Shown: positions 26,279 to 35,498 of the stretch, piece after piece | How the letters are laid out: each line of letters starts with the position of its first letter | How positions within the stretch are numbered: position 1 is the first letter of the stretch | Origin: a virus | Length of the DNA stretch: 64,000 nt | Virus record (IMG/VR): IMGVR_UViG_3300043787_000133 | Span: 3,667-67,666 of that record | Strand: one strand, 5' to 3' | Notes under the pieces: model-generated | The model's input: the letters and a program-made list of their open reading frames with translations, nothing else | The model's database searches: none | Told to the model about the DNA's origin: nothing | Position numbers and translations under genes: made by a program

Positions 26279-29071
26279 TCAGCCGGTAACCCCGGCGAAG
26301 ACGCGCCGCTGCGCCGCCTGGAAGGCCTTGTAGGCGAGGTCGGCACGGCGCTCGGCTTCGTATGCTTTCGCGTACAGGAACCCGGCGGTGCCGTCGGTCC
26401 CGCCGGCCTGGCGCATCATCCGCCAGTTCTCGAACGCCCGGTTCTCCAGGTGCCTGGCCGCCTGGTAGGCGGCCCACAAGGCGTTCAGGTCCGGTCCGGC
26501 CGTGGCGGAGGCGGCGAGGACGCCCCCCGACGACAGGGACGCGGTGCCCAGGCGGTTGAAGGCGGAGGCGAAGAGCACCGCCTGCCCGCTGAGCGCGGCG
26601 CGGCCGAGCTGGGGCACCACCCCGGTCACGGACAAGGTGCCCGGCGCGGACAGGCGCGCCGTCCCCGGCTTCGCCAGGGTCCCGTGCACCGTCAGGGACG
26701 GGGCGGCGGACATGGCCGCGCGGCTGACGGCCGTCTTGACGGCGGCGGCGTGCAGAGTGCCCGGCGCGGAGCCGGCGAACGCGGCCTTCCCGGTGACCAG
26801 GGCGGGCGCTGCGAGCGTGCCGTGCGCGGCCAGGCCGGCGGCTCCAGGGCGCCCGGGGGCACCGGCCGCGCTGAGGGACGCCGCCGCGCTCAGGGCCGCC
26901 GCCGCGTAGGTGACCCGGGTGCCCGCAGCCCCCAGTGCAGCCGCAGCGCTCAGCGCGGCCGAGCCCCTGGGGCTGCGGACGCCGCCGGCCACTGTCGTCC
27001 CGGTGCCGGAGAGGACGGCGGCCCCGGTGACGAAGCCCACGGGCATTGCGGTGAAGGCGCCCGCTCCTGCCAGGGCGGCCGATGCCTGGAACCGGGCCGT
27101 CCCGCTGGCCGCCAGCGCCCCGCCACCGGAAAGCGCGGCGGCTCCCAGGGCATTCTCCTGCCCCGTCGCGGCCAGGGAGCCGTCACCGGACAGGGCGGCG
27201 CCACCGGGGAGCAGCTTCTGGCCCGTGATGACGGCGTCCCCGGTGCCCGACAGGGCGACGGCACCGGGGAGCAGCTTCTGGCCCGTTACGGTGCCGGAGC
27301 CCGTTCCTGCCAGTACGACGGCCCCTGGCACGGTCTTCTGGCCGCCGGGGGTGACGGAGCCCGTTCCCGACAGCCCGGCCGCCGCGAGGTAGCTCACCTG
27401 GGAAACGGCGGAGGCGGTGCCCAGCCCGGACAGGGAGACAGCACCCGGCACGGCCTTCTGGCCCGAAACCCCGAGGGTGCCCGAACCGGCCAGCGGGCCA
27501 GAACCCGGCGTGATGCTGCCCGAGGAGGCAGTGACCGTGCCGCTCCCCGCCATCGCGGCTGCACCGGGCGCTGATACCTGGCCTGATGCCGTGGCCGACC
27601 CGGACCCTGCCAGGGAGGCAGCGCCGGGGACCGTCTTCTGGCCCGCCACGTCTGCGTCGCCGGTCCCTGAGAGCGCTGCCGCACCGGGAACGGCCTTCTG
27701 GCCGGCGGGAGCGAGCGACCCGGCGCCCGACAGCGGGGCGGCACCGGGAACGGCCTTCTGGCCCGACGCGGTTACCAGTCCCAGGCCCGCCAGGGTCACC
27801 GCGCCCGGCACCGCCTTATGCCCGGACGCCGTGACGGCTCCGGTGCCGGACATCGCGGCGCCCCCGGGGACGGCCTTCTGCCCCGTGGCGGTAACGGTCC
27901 CGGAACCGGACGCGGAAACAGCCCCGGGTACCGTCTTCTGCCCGGCAGCAGCGAGCGACCCGGTGCCGGACAAAGGGGAGGACGCAGCGAGGTCGGCTCC
28001 TGCGGTGAGCGACCCGGCACCGGACGCGGAGGCGCCCCCGGGGACTGCTTTCTGGCCCTGCGCAGCCAGCGCGCCAGCGCCCGAGAGCGCGGCCGTCCCG
28101 GTGAACTCCCCGGTACCCGACAGTGACCCCGTGCCCGAGAGCGACGCCGCGCCGGGGACCTTCTTCTGCCCGGCGGCTGACGCTGATCCTGTTCCAGACA
28201 GGGATACGGCTCCGTCGAGTGCCCCGGCGGCGCTGAATGCCCCGGTGCCACTGAGGGAGGCTGCACCAGGCAAGGCGGTGGGAGCGCTGGGAGTGCCCGG
28301 GACCATGCTGCCCGGGACGGCGCTGCCCGGGACGGCAGGGGTAAAGAACGGCGGCTGCCTGAAGGCCAGCAGGGTTCCCGTGCCGCCGATGGACACAGCC
28401 CCGGCGACCTTCTCCTGGCCTGCGGCGCCGGCGGTGCCGCTGCCGGACAACGGGGCGGCGCCGGAGATCACCACCCGCTCGTAGAGCAGCACGGCGATCC
28501 CGTAGTAGCCGTCACTCGGCCAGGTCGGCTCCTGGGCGGAGGACGTGCAGGACGGGTTGGCGCACATCCCGTTGCCGCTCGGGTCCAGGCCGTAGGAGTA
28601 CCCGCTCGTCGATCCGTCCGTGGTCGTCGAGACCGCGAAGGCGTAGCCGAAGTACGCTTCTCCGCTGCCGTGACCGGGGGTCAGCAGCGGGTAGTCGGTG
28701 GTGGCGGCACTCGCCACGGTCCCGGCGACGTCGAGCAGGACGTTCGCGTACCCGGCGGTGGTGGAGAACTCCCAGCCGCCGACCCGGATGGACGGCGTCC
28801 CGGAGCTGGACGTCACCGTCACCGTGGCCGTGCTCGCGGCGGTGACGCTGCCTTTGAAGACGGTGGCGGCGTAGGAGCCGACCACGGTCGGGCCGGAGAC
28901 CGGGGAGGAGTCCCAGGTGACGTTAGAGCTGCTCAGCGCGGTCGGGTGGTCACCCGAGGTCGTCGAGATGACCTCGATCACCATGACGTCCCCGACGGCG
29001 CCCGGAGTCAGGGGGAACGTCAGGCCCGTGACGGTGGGGCCGATCGCCGAGCCGACAAGCGCGAGGGTCAT
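26279..29071 (-). CDS. Ala/Gly-rich repeat fibre-like virion protein
   Basis: N-terminal beta domain followed by many 20-aa repeats PGAxxLSGTGxxxAxGQKxV. Confidence 0.8.
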   Translation of the reverse strand: MTLALVGSAIGPTVTGLTFPLTPGAVGDVMVIEVISTTSGDHPTALSSSNVTWDSSPVSGPTVVGSYAATVFKGSVTAASTATVTVTSSSGTPSIRVGGWEFSTTAGYANVLLDVAGTVASAATTDYPLLTPGHGSGEAYFGYAFAVSTTTDGSTSGYSYGLDPSGNGMCANPSCTSSAQEPTWPSDGYYGIAVLLYERVVISGAAPLSGSGTAGAAGQEKVAGAVSIGGTGTLLAFRQPPFFTPAVPGSAVPGSMVPGTPSAPTALPGAASLSGTGAFSAAGALDGAVSLSGTGSASAAGQKKVPGAASLSGTGSLSGTGEFTGTAALSGAGALAAQGQKAVPGGASASGAGSLTAGADLAASSPLSGTGSLAAAGQKTVPGAVSASGSGTVTATGQKAVPGGAAMSGTGAVTASGHKAVPGAVTLAGLGLVTASGQKAVPGAAPLSGAGSLAPAGQKAVPGAAALSGTGDADVAGQKTVPGAASLAGSGSATASGQVSAPGAAAMAGSGTVTASSGSITPGSGPLAGSGTLGVSGQKAVPGAVSLSGLGTASAVSQVSYLAAAGLSGTGSVTPGGQKTVPGAVVLAGTGSGTVTGQKLLPGAVALSGTGDAVITGQKLLPGGAALSGDGSLAATGQENALGAAALSGGGALAASGTARFQASAALAGAGAFTAMPVGFVTGAAVLSGTGTTVAGGVRSPRGSAALSAAAALGAAGTRVTYAAAALSAAASLSAAGAPGRPGAAGLAAHGTLAAPALVTGKAAFAGSAPGTLHAAAVKTAVSRAAMSAAPSLTVHGTLAKPGTARLSAPGTLSVTGVVPQLGRAALSGQAVLFASAFNRLGTASLSSGGVLAASATAGPDLNALWAAYQAARHLENRAFENWRMMRQAGGTDGTAGFLYAKAYEAERRADLAYKAFQAAQRRVFAGVTG
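27100..28200 (-). repeat. degenerate 60-bp coding tandem repeat (approximate bounds)
   Basis: GGCCAGAAGGCCGTxCCCGG recurring with 60-bp period. Confidence 0.8.
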
Positions 29072-29115
29072 GCCTCACCCCCTCCGGGCGCGCGAGGGCT
29101 GCTAAGAGGGCGGCG

Positions 29116-29556
29116 TTACCACTGGGTCGCGTTGAGCGAGATGGACGCGGCGGCGAACTGCACGGTGTCGCCGTTGGCCACCCCGGTGATGTTGGCGCTC
29201 AGGACTCCCTGGAACCACCGCAGCTTGGTGCCCGAGGTGGAGTCCCAGATCTCGATCCCGACGACCGTGGTCCAGGAGGACCCGGCCGTCCAGGTGACGG
29301 CGTTGGCGTTGGACGCGGTCGGGGCGGTGGTGGAGAACGACCCGAACGGGGCGGACGCGCCGAGGGTGGAGCCGCCGGCTGTGTAGCCGGTGGCGGACAG
29401 CTCGGTGCCGTTGGTGCCGTTGACGTTGCCGTTGCCCGAGCCCATCGCGGTCATCAGCCGGAGCATGTACGGCTGGGTGATGGTGGGGGCGGACGCCCCG
29501 TCGAGCGCGAAGTTGAGCAGCGCGGCGGTACGGCCGGTGTCGGTCATGTACGCCAC
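29116..29556 (-). CDS. small virion structural protein (minor tail/fibre-associated)
   Basis: GTELS.TGY, SNANAVTW, IWDS..G, V.NGDTVQFAA..I. Confidence 0.75.
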   Translation of the reverse strand: MAYMTDTGRTAALLNFALDGASAPTITQPYMLRLMTAMGSGNGNVNGTNGTELSATGYTAGGSTLGASAPFGSFSTTAPTASNANAVTWTAGSSWTTVVGIEIWDSTSGTKLRWFQGVLSANITGVANGDTVQFAAASISLNATQW

Positions 29557-29559
29557 CGG

Positions 29560-29772
29560 TTACACCAGCCCGATCTCGGCGGAGGCAGGAAGGAGGGTGA
29601 TGGTCACGGGACGGCACGGGGTGCCGCTCATGCTGGCGTTGTCGCCGTGGTGATGGTCCTGCGGGCAGCAGTTGCAGCCGGCGGCGTCGAGCGCGGCGTG
29701 CACGTCCACGTCGTGCTCGCTGATGGTGGCGACTGCCGTGCAGTCCCTGTTCTTGCACTGCACCAGGTGCAT
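29560..29772 (-). CDS. small Cys/His-rich protein
   Basis: RBS GAGGAGG; CxxxxC...CxCCxxxHHH...C. Confidence 0.65.
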   Translation of the reverse strand: MHLVQCKNRDCTAVATISEHDVDVHAALDAAGCNCCPQDHHHGDNASMSGTPCRPVTITLLPASAEIGLV

Positions 29773-29782
29773 GCCGTCCTCC

Positions 29783-32071
29783 TCAGCCCCTCGGCGGGGT
29801 GTACCGCTCGTAGTCAGCGAGTTCGCCGTCGTCCTCCGTCACGCCGAGGCGCGAGCGGATTCCGACGTGGGGCGGGTCCTGGTAGCCACGGATCGACGGG
29901 CCGGACAACCAAGTGCCCTGTCCCTTCTGGGCCTGGGCCTCGGTTTCCGGCAGGTGAGCGGTGAGGGCGGAGCCCTCCCCGGCCGGCGCGGTCGCGGCCT
30001 CGCCCTCCCGGGCGGCCTCGTCCACGGCCCGGGACAGGGCCGCCACCCGGCGGACGCGCTCCGTGCGCGCCAGCAGCGCGCCCTTCTTCGGCATCCCGCG
30101 CTTCCTGCGCCCGGCTTTCGGCATCGGGCCGCGCTGCTCGCTGGACTCCGGGGGCACCTGCGGCTCGCCGCCCGCGTCCTGCCCGGCTTCCTCGCCCTCA
30201 GGCGGGGCATTGACCGGGCCGCCCATCTCGGCCTCCATCTGCTCGGCCTGGGCGGCGTCCTCAGGGGTGGGGGCGAGGTCGGGCAGCGGGATCGGCTGGG
30301 CTCCCATCCGGTCGATCATCATCTGCTGGCCCGCGACGGCAGGCGGGACGCCTTCCACCTGCGCGACGGGGGCGAAGTCGGCCATGAGGTCGGCGGGGAT
30401 CGGCAGCCCGGCGTTGCGCAGCTCGATGAAGGCCTGCTTGCGGGTGCTCGCCTGGGCCACGATGTCGGCGACCGCCTCGTCCTGGCTGCGCTCGCGCTCC
30501 TCGTCCAGGTCGATGCCGAGGCCCCGGGTGCGGGTGCGCTGGGAGACGGGGATGCCGGAGGCCCGGATCGCCTCGACGAACTGCCTGGTGGTGTCCTCGT
30601 CCCGGAAGTTGAGGACGGCGCACTTCAGGTCGGGTACCAGGAGCCTGGGCTGCTCGGTGATCCGCTTCTCGCCGGTCTCCTCGTCGGTCTCCAGGACTTC
30701 TTCCATGATCACGAACCGGCGACCGTTGCGCTCCTCGTAGTCGTAGTGCTCCTGGGCCTCGGCGACGATCAGGGCACGCTGCCGGAAGTGCCGCATCAGC
30801 ATCTTCTGGTAGGTGGTCATGAGCTGCTCGACGAGCTGCTTGTTGAGCGCGTCGGCCGCGTAGGTCTGGCCCTCCCCGGCTCCCATCAGGAAGGTGCGCG
30901 ACAGGCCGAAGACCTGGAGGATGCGGTCCTCGATCCTCTCGAAGTCCATGCTCAGGTCCGGCATGTTCTCGCGTCCGAACACCGACTCCAGCTCGACGGC
31001 GAAGTTGTGGATCAGCACGCGGAAGTCGCCGGCCAGCGCGGCGTCGAGGGCCAGCTCGAAGTTCTCCAGGTCGTCGTCGGTGGGAATCCACGGGACGGAC
31101 GTGCCGAGGTCGGTGGCGCTCGCGCCGAGCTTGGCTAGCAGCAGCGGGGTGTAGAGCCGGTCGGCGATCGAGTCGAGCGCGGTGTTGAGCATCTCCTGCT
31201 GGAGCATGGAGCGCATCGCGCGGGTGAGCAGGGGGAGCCCGCGCAGGTTGAAGGTGTCGCCCTTGAACTTGAGCTGGCGCAGCAGCACGCCGCTGACCGG
31301 CATGAACGCGTTCTCCGCCGTGTAGGCGGCCAGCTCGGGGTACTCGGTGACCAGCTTGTTGTACTCCCAGGCCGGCTGGCGGGTGGTGAGGATCTGCCGG
31401 ATCGTCCACGGCAGCCGGGTGAAGTAGCGGGGTTCCTTCAGGAACGGGGACCGCTCGACCTTGATGTCGTCGGAGTTCAGCAGCTCCTCGTCGTCCCAGA
31501 TGCCGAGGTCCTCGTTGAAGGTGGCGAAGGGCCACGCCTCGCCCGTGGTGTAGTACTCGCGGCCGATGTCCACGAGGAACTCGCTGTAGTCCAGCCCGTC
31601 CCCGTCGTCGTTGAAGAACAGGTCCTCGTAGAAGTCGGTGAGGCGCTGGTCCTTGCACTCCAGGTGCGCGCCGACCACGGGGAACTTGCTGAAGATGTCC
31701 ACGCAGGAGCCGACGATCGGGTCGGTCTGGTAGAGCAGCCGGCAGAACGCCCGGACCTTGGCCAGCTCCTCGTTCTGGCTGAAGTCGTACGGGAGGTTAT
31801 TCTGCCTCCAATAGAACAAAGGATCGCGTGGACGCCCTGTGGCAAACTGAATGTCGGAGAACCCCGACCCTCCCGCGCCGCCGGTCGAGTAGGCGGTGCG
31901 GCGGCCGAGGGACGCGGTGCGCGCGTTGATCCGCCGGTTCTTGCGGGCCTCGGCGACCTCGGGGCTGAGCTGCTCGGCCGACGCCGCCCCGACGCCCATC
32001 GTGCGGCCGAGTTGCCTCGCCACCGACCCCTGGCGGGCAGCACCCGACCCCGGCTTGTACGCAACTCGCAT
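29783..32071 (-). CDS. portal protein (Bxz1-like)
   Basis: CR.LY.T.P.V..C.DI.SKFP, IADRLYTP..LAKLG, G.G..YA..ALN; RBS AGGAGG. Confidence 0.85.
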   Translation of the reverse strand: MRVAYKPGSGAARQGSVARQLGRTMGVGAASAEQLSPEVAEARKNRRINARTASLGRRTAYSTGGAGGSGFSDIQFATGRPRDPLFYWRQNNLPYDFSQNEELAKVRAFCRLLYQTDPIVGSCVDIFSKFPVVGAHLECKDQRLTDFYEDLFFNDDGDGLDYSEFLVDIGREYYTTGEAWPFATFNEDLGIWDDEELLNSDDIKVERSPFLKEPRYFTRLPWTIRQILTTRQPAWEYNKLVTEYPELAAYTAENAFMPVSGVLLRQLKFKGDTFNLRGLPLLTRAMRSMLQQEMLNTALDSIADRLYTPLLLAKLGASATDLGTSVPWIPTDDDLENFELALDAALAGDFRVLIHNFAVELESVFGRENMPDLSMDFERIEDRILQVFGLSRTFLMGAGEGQTYAADALNKQLVEQLMTTYQKMLMRHFRQRALIVAEAQEHYDYEERNGRRFVIMEEVLETDEETGEKRITEQPRLLVPDLKCAVLNFRDEDTTRQFVEAIRASGIPVSQRTRTRGLGIDLDEERERSQDEAVADIVAQASTRKQAFIELRNAGLPIPADLMADFAPVAQVEGVPPAVAGQQMMIDRMGAQPIPLPDLAPTPEDAAQAEQMEAEMGGPVNAPPEGEEAGQDAGGEPQVPPESSEQRGPMPKAGRRKRGMPKKGALLARTERVRRVAALSRAVDEAAREGEAATAPAGEGSALTAHLPETEAQAQKGQGTWLSGPSIRGYQDPPHVGIRSRLGVTEDDGELADYERYTPPRG

Positions 32072-32119
32072 CTGTCCTCCTAACCCTTCTGGGTCAGGAG
32101 GACAGGGGCCTGCCGGAGG

Positions 32120-32329
32120 CTATTGCGGCGGAGGGGTGTCCAAGATCAGCTTCGCCAGCTCGCGCCACTGCTCCCAGGCGCGGTCGGGGCGCACGTCGGG
32201 CCAGCCGCATGACCGGCACTCGATCAGTTCGAGGACCCCCCCCGGGGGGGACCGCGCCTTCCGGCTGCCGTCCTCGGCGGAAACCCGCAGGCCCGGAGGG
32301 AGGCCGGGGGCGGATGACTTGTCACTCAT
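32120..32329 (-). CDS. hypothetical protein
   Basis: coupled ORF with CxxC. Confidence 0.45.
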   Translation of the reverse strand: MSDKSSAPGLPPGLRVSAEDGSRKARSPPGGVLELIECRSCGWPDVRPDRAWEQWRELAKLILDTPPPQ

Positions 32330-32687
32330 CGCCGTACGGCCCGTTCATCTGCTCGTGCATCCGCTGCATGACCTCCCGGCTGTTCAGGTGCCTGATCAGG
32401 TTCGGCATCCACTGGGACGGGTCATGCCCGAGCGGCACGGACATGGGGTAGCCGGCGTTGCGGTGCTGGATGATTACCTGCGGGCCTTTTACGTCGTCAG
32501 GGCCAAAGGAATCGGGATGGGTCGCGGGGAGCAGCGTGTGGCCGGTTTCCATCCGGACGCTGTGCGGCCCGATAGGAGTGAACGCCGAGGCGAGCTGCTG
32601 CCGGAAGGAGACGTCGTTCCGGTAGTCTTCCAGGCTCTGGCTCTCGTACGGCTCCGGGCTGGTGAAATGGTAATCGTTATAGCCCAT
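32322..32687 (-). CDS. paralog 4 of tandem xETGH family
   Basis: METGH...H...LG...EQM. Confidence 0.7.
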   Translation of the reverse strand: MGYNDYHFTSPEPYESQSLEDYRNDVSFRQQLASAFTPIGPHSVRMETGHTLLPATHPDSFGPDDVKGPQVIIQHRNAGYPMSVPLGHDPSQWMPNLIRHLNSREVMQRMHEQMNGPYGDE

Positions 32688-33055
32688 CAGAACCTCCTCG
32701 GCCAGGTGCCGTCGTCCTCAGCGCCCGGGATCATCTGCTCGCGCATCGACCGGAGCACGTGCGGGCTGCGCAAGGCGGAAGCGGCGCGCTCGCCCACGTC
32801 CTCGTCGCCGGGGCCGAGGTTCGCTATGACCAGTCGCTGGTCATCGGGGTCACTGTCATGGGACACCCACATCCGCCACTGCCCGCTCCCGTGGCTGTAG
32901 GGGATTATCACGGAATGCCCGGTCTCGAAGCGGGCGTAACCCGGTCCCTCTGTCGGCGAGACCAGCCCGTTCCGCTCCAGCGAGGGCCAGGCGCGCTCCC
33001 AGCGCCGCTCGTCCTCCGCTGCGGCCTGCCTGCGGATCAGGTCGGAGATCCCCAT
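32687..33055 (-). CDS. paralog 3 of tandem xETGH family
   Basis: FETGH...H...LGPGDEDVG...EQM. Confidence 0.7.
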   Translation of the reverse strand: MGISDLIRRQAAAEDERRWERAWPSLERNGLVSPTEGPGYARFETGHSVIIPYSHGSGQWRMWVSHDSDPDDQRLVIANLGPGDEDVGERAASALRSPHVLRSMREQMIPGAEDDGTWPRRF

Positions 33056-33459
33056 CAGCGGCTCCTGTCCATGAAGACGTCGGTGTCCGGCGAGCGGTGG
33101 GTGGTCACCCGCTGGGCGTCGAAGTCGTAGCCGGTCGGGTTGTTGTTGAGCCGCGCCCGGTTGTACTGGTCGCCGAGGTGCCCCATGAACTCGCGGTCCC
33201 GGAACACCCGGCTGACCTTGCCGCCGATGTCGTCGTCGCCGGGGCCGAGGTGCACGTGCACCAGGGACAGGTCAGGGTCCCCGGCGTGGCCCGCGCTCAG
33301 CTCCCAGTTGCCCTCGGGGTCCCGGTCCACCCTGAAGTGGTGGCCGGTCTCCGTCTCCCAGAAGCCCGACCCGCCGTGCACCGGGAAGCCGTGCCCGGCC
33401 AGGTCCTGCGAGGCCCGGTCGATCGCCTTGATGTGGTCCCCGAGGGTCCAGCCGGCCAT
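33055..33459 (-). CDS. paralog 2 of tandem xETGH family
   Basis: TETGH...H...LGPGDDDIG...DQY; TGATG coupling. Confidence 0.7.
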   Translation of the reverse strand: MAGWTLGDHIKAIDRASQDLAGHGFPVHGGSGFWETETGHHFRVDRDPEGNWELSAGHAGDPDLSLVHVHLGPGDDDIGGKVSRVFRDREFMGHLGDQYNRARLNNNPTGYDFDAQRVTTHRSPDTDVFMDRSR

Positions 33460-33875
33460 CAGCGGCCTCCCGTCATGTCGATCATCAGCCGGTTGCCCGT
33501 CTGGTCGGGACCGCGCCCCTGCGCCCTGGCCATCTGGCCCATCAGGTGCTGCTGCACGTCGCGGCGGGCGAACATGTCCCGCAGCAGGGGGCCGACGTGC
33601 TCCGGGGTGTCGCCAAGGTGCGCCTCCACGACGTGGCCCTCGTCGCCGGCCGGGTGCCAGACCTGGACGTGGAAGCCGGGCCGGCTGCTCTCGCCGAACA
33701 GGCCGCCCGGCTTCGCGTGCGGCCCCTTGTGGTAGACCCACATCTTGTGCCCGGTGTCGAGCTGCATCTGCGAGTCGGGGAACCCCGCGCCGCCCAGGGA
33801 GTCCATGGCGCGGTCCCAGTAGTCGCCCCAGTCGCCGGAAGCCGCCCGGCGAACCGCCTCGTAACCGTCCATCAT
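33459..33875 (-). CDS. paralog 1 of tandem xETGH family
   Basis: LDTGH...H...LG....VG...GQM. Confidence 0.7.
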   Translation of the reverse strand: MMDGYEAVRRAASGDWGDYWDRAMDSLGGAGFPDSQMQLDTGHKMWVYHKGPHAKPGGLFGESSRPGFHVQVWHPAGDEGHVVEAHLGDTPEHVGPLLRDMFARRDVQQHLMGQMARAQGRGPDQTGNRLMIDMTGGR

Positions 33876-34117
33876 CCCCTCCCCGCGACGAACCCGGGGC
33901 TGCGGGAGGCGTCGGGAGAGCCGCCCCACTCCGGCTCCGCGCCCTCGTGGTCCTGCTCGTGCATGCCCAGCAGCACCCGCAGCGGGAGCATCCCGGCGGC
34001 GTCGAGCCCGTGCGCTTCCCGCATGTGCTCGCGGAGCGAGGCGAGGTCTTCCAGCGCCTCGTGCCCCTCGGGGGCCGCCGCGCGGGTGAATGCCCAGGCC
34101 AGGCGCAGGCTGCTCAC
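33872..34117 (-). CDS. small protein with His-rich module
   Basis: HMREAHG...HEQDH. Confidence 0.65.
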   Translation of the reverse strand: MSSLRLAWAFTRAAAPEGHEALEDLASLREHMREAHGLDAAGMLPLRVLLGMHEQDHEGAEPEWGGSPDASRSPGFVAGRG

Positions 34118-35343
34118 CGCCAGTTGTACCCGCCGTCGATGCCGTGCTGGCCCAGCCAGTCGTGGTCGCCGAGGTGGATGTCCTCGCCGTACTCGGCGTC
34201 CAGGTCAGGGTGCGAGTGCTCCAGGGGAGCGTCGGCGTGCTCGTTCCGGTGCGTCTCGTCGATCAGCCATCCCGGGTCGTCGGGAGAGTCGAGGAACCCG
34301 TGGCGGTCCCTCATGTGACGCCGCAGCCCGGCCTCCGTCATGTCCCCGTGGTTACGCTCGGCGTGCACGGCCGCTCTCCCGAAAGGGCGGCGGCCCCGCG
34401 ATCCCGTCGCGGCGCGCCACTCCGACGGGGCGGTGCCGGCCCCGGGACCCCGGTACCACTCCGGTGACTGGTAGCCCGACGCCGGGCCGCCGACGTCCCC
34501 GCTGGTGGCGCGCACGAAGTCGCGGGCCGGGCCGCGCCGCAGGTGCGCCTCGGCCATCTGGGCGGCCTCCTGGCGGCTGCCCCCGTGGCCCAGGTCCATG
34601 AAGTGGACCTGGCTCGCGTGGGGCTCGGGCGGGCTGATCATCCCGTACCAGCCGGCCCCGTTGCGGCCGATGGTGACCTGGTGGCCGCTGGACAGGGTGC
34701 GGTAGTGGCGGGAGCCGCCGTCGTCCGCCCGGTCGGCGACCCGCCGGCGTCCCTCGGCGCGGAGCGCGGCCATGACCCGGGAGTCGGCCCCGGACGCGCG
34801 CACGGCGATGTGCCGGACGAGCTGGTCCTCGGTGAGCGGCTGCCCTTCGAGGCCGTTGTACCTGCGCACGGCGACGCCGCGCAGGGAGGACTTCTTCCTG
34901 GACTTGCCGGAATCGCCCTTCTTCGGGGGCGCGGACCCGGTAGCGTCGTCATCGCCACCGCCTCCAGGCGGCGGGAAGTCACCTTCGCCGCCTGCGGCAT
35001 CATCCTGCGGCCCGCCCCCTGGTTCGGCATCTTCCCCGGGGAGCGGGCCGCTCCCGTCTGCGGGCATCCCGTCGGGGCCGATCATCCCCGGATCGACGAG
35101 GCCGCCGTCCGGGCCGACGTCGGAGGGAGCCCCAGGCCCCGTGGGCATCTGGGGCATCCCCGGGAACGCGGGCTGCACCCTCACGATGTAGTTCTGGCCG
35201 CAGAAATCGCAGCCGATGGTTCCGTCGCTGCGGCCGACCACCTGGCCGGAGCCGCAGAACGGGCAGTGGCTCGTGACGAGCGGGTCGCCGGGGTCATGAG
35301 CTACCTTGCGGACGGTGCCGGTCCGCCGGGTCATCGTGGTCAT
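34114..35343 (-). CDS. zinc-ribbon head-associated modular protein
   Basis: KVAHD.GD...HCPFCGSGQV..RSDG...CDFC...VRVQP; RBS AGGAGG. Confidence 0.75.
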   Translation of the reverse strand: MTTMTRRTGTVRKVAHDPGDPLVTSHCPFCGSGQVVGRSDGTIGCDFCGQNYIVRVQPAFPGMPQMPTGPGAPSDVGPDGGLVDPGMIGPDGMPADGSGPLPGEDAEPGGGPQDDAAGGEGDFPPPGGGGDDDATGSAPPKKGDSGKSRKKSSLRGVAVRRYNGLEGQPLTEDQLVRHIAVRASGADSRVMAALRAEGRRRVADRADDGGSRHYRTLSSGHQVTIGRNGAGWYGMISPPEPHASQVHFMDLGHGGSRQEAAQMAEAHLRRGPARDFVRATSGDVGGPASGYQSPEWYRGPGAGTAPSEWRAATGSRGRRPFGRAAVHAERNHGDMTEAGLRRHMRDRHGFLDSPDDPGWLIDETHRNEHADAPLEHSHPDLDAEYGEDIHLGDHDWLGQHGIDGGYNWR

Positions 35344-35471
35344 GTGGGGCCTCCTGCCCCTTCCGAGCCTGTGAGGCGGCCCTCTTCAGGGCGTCCCCCA
35401 GCTCGGTCAGGAGCCACACGGCGGCGAATATCAGGAGCATGCCTCAATAGTAAGGGAAGACGGTAGTTAGT

Positions 35472-35488
35472 TACAGCTTTTCTTGATA
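35472..35488 (+). promoter_or_regulatory. 17-bp phage motif in promoter
   Basis: exact motif, -10 TAACAT, ATG 6 nt later. Confidence 0.85.
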
Positions 35489-35498
35489 ACATACGGCC

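Noticed and set aside
27100-28200. 60-bp periodic repeats as a CRISPR array
   Set aside because: Degenerate at third codon positions, in-frame coding repeats, no unique spacers or cas genes
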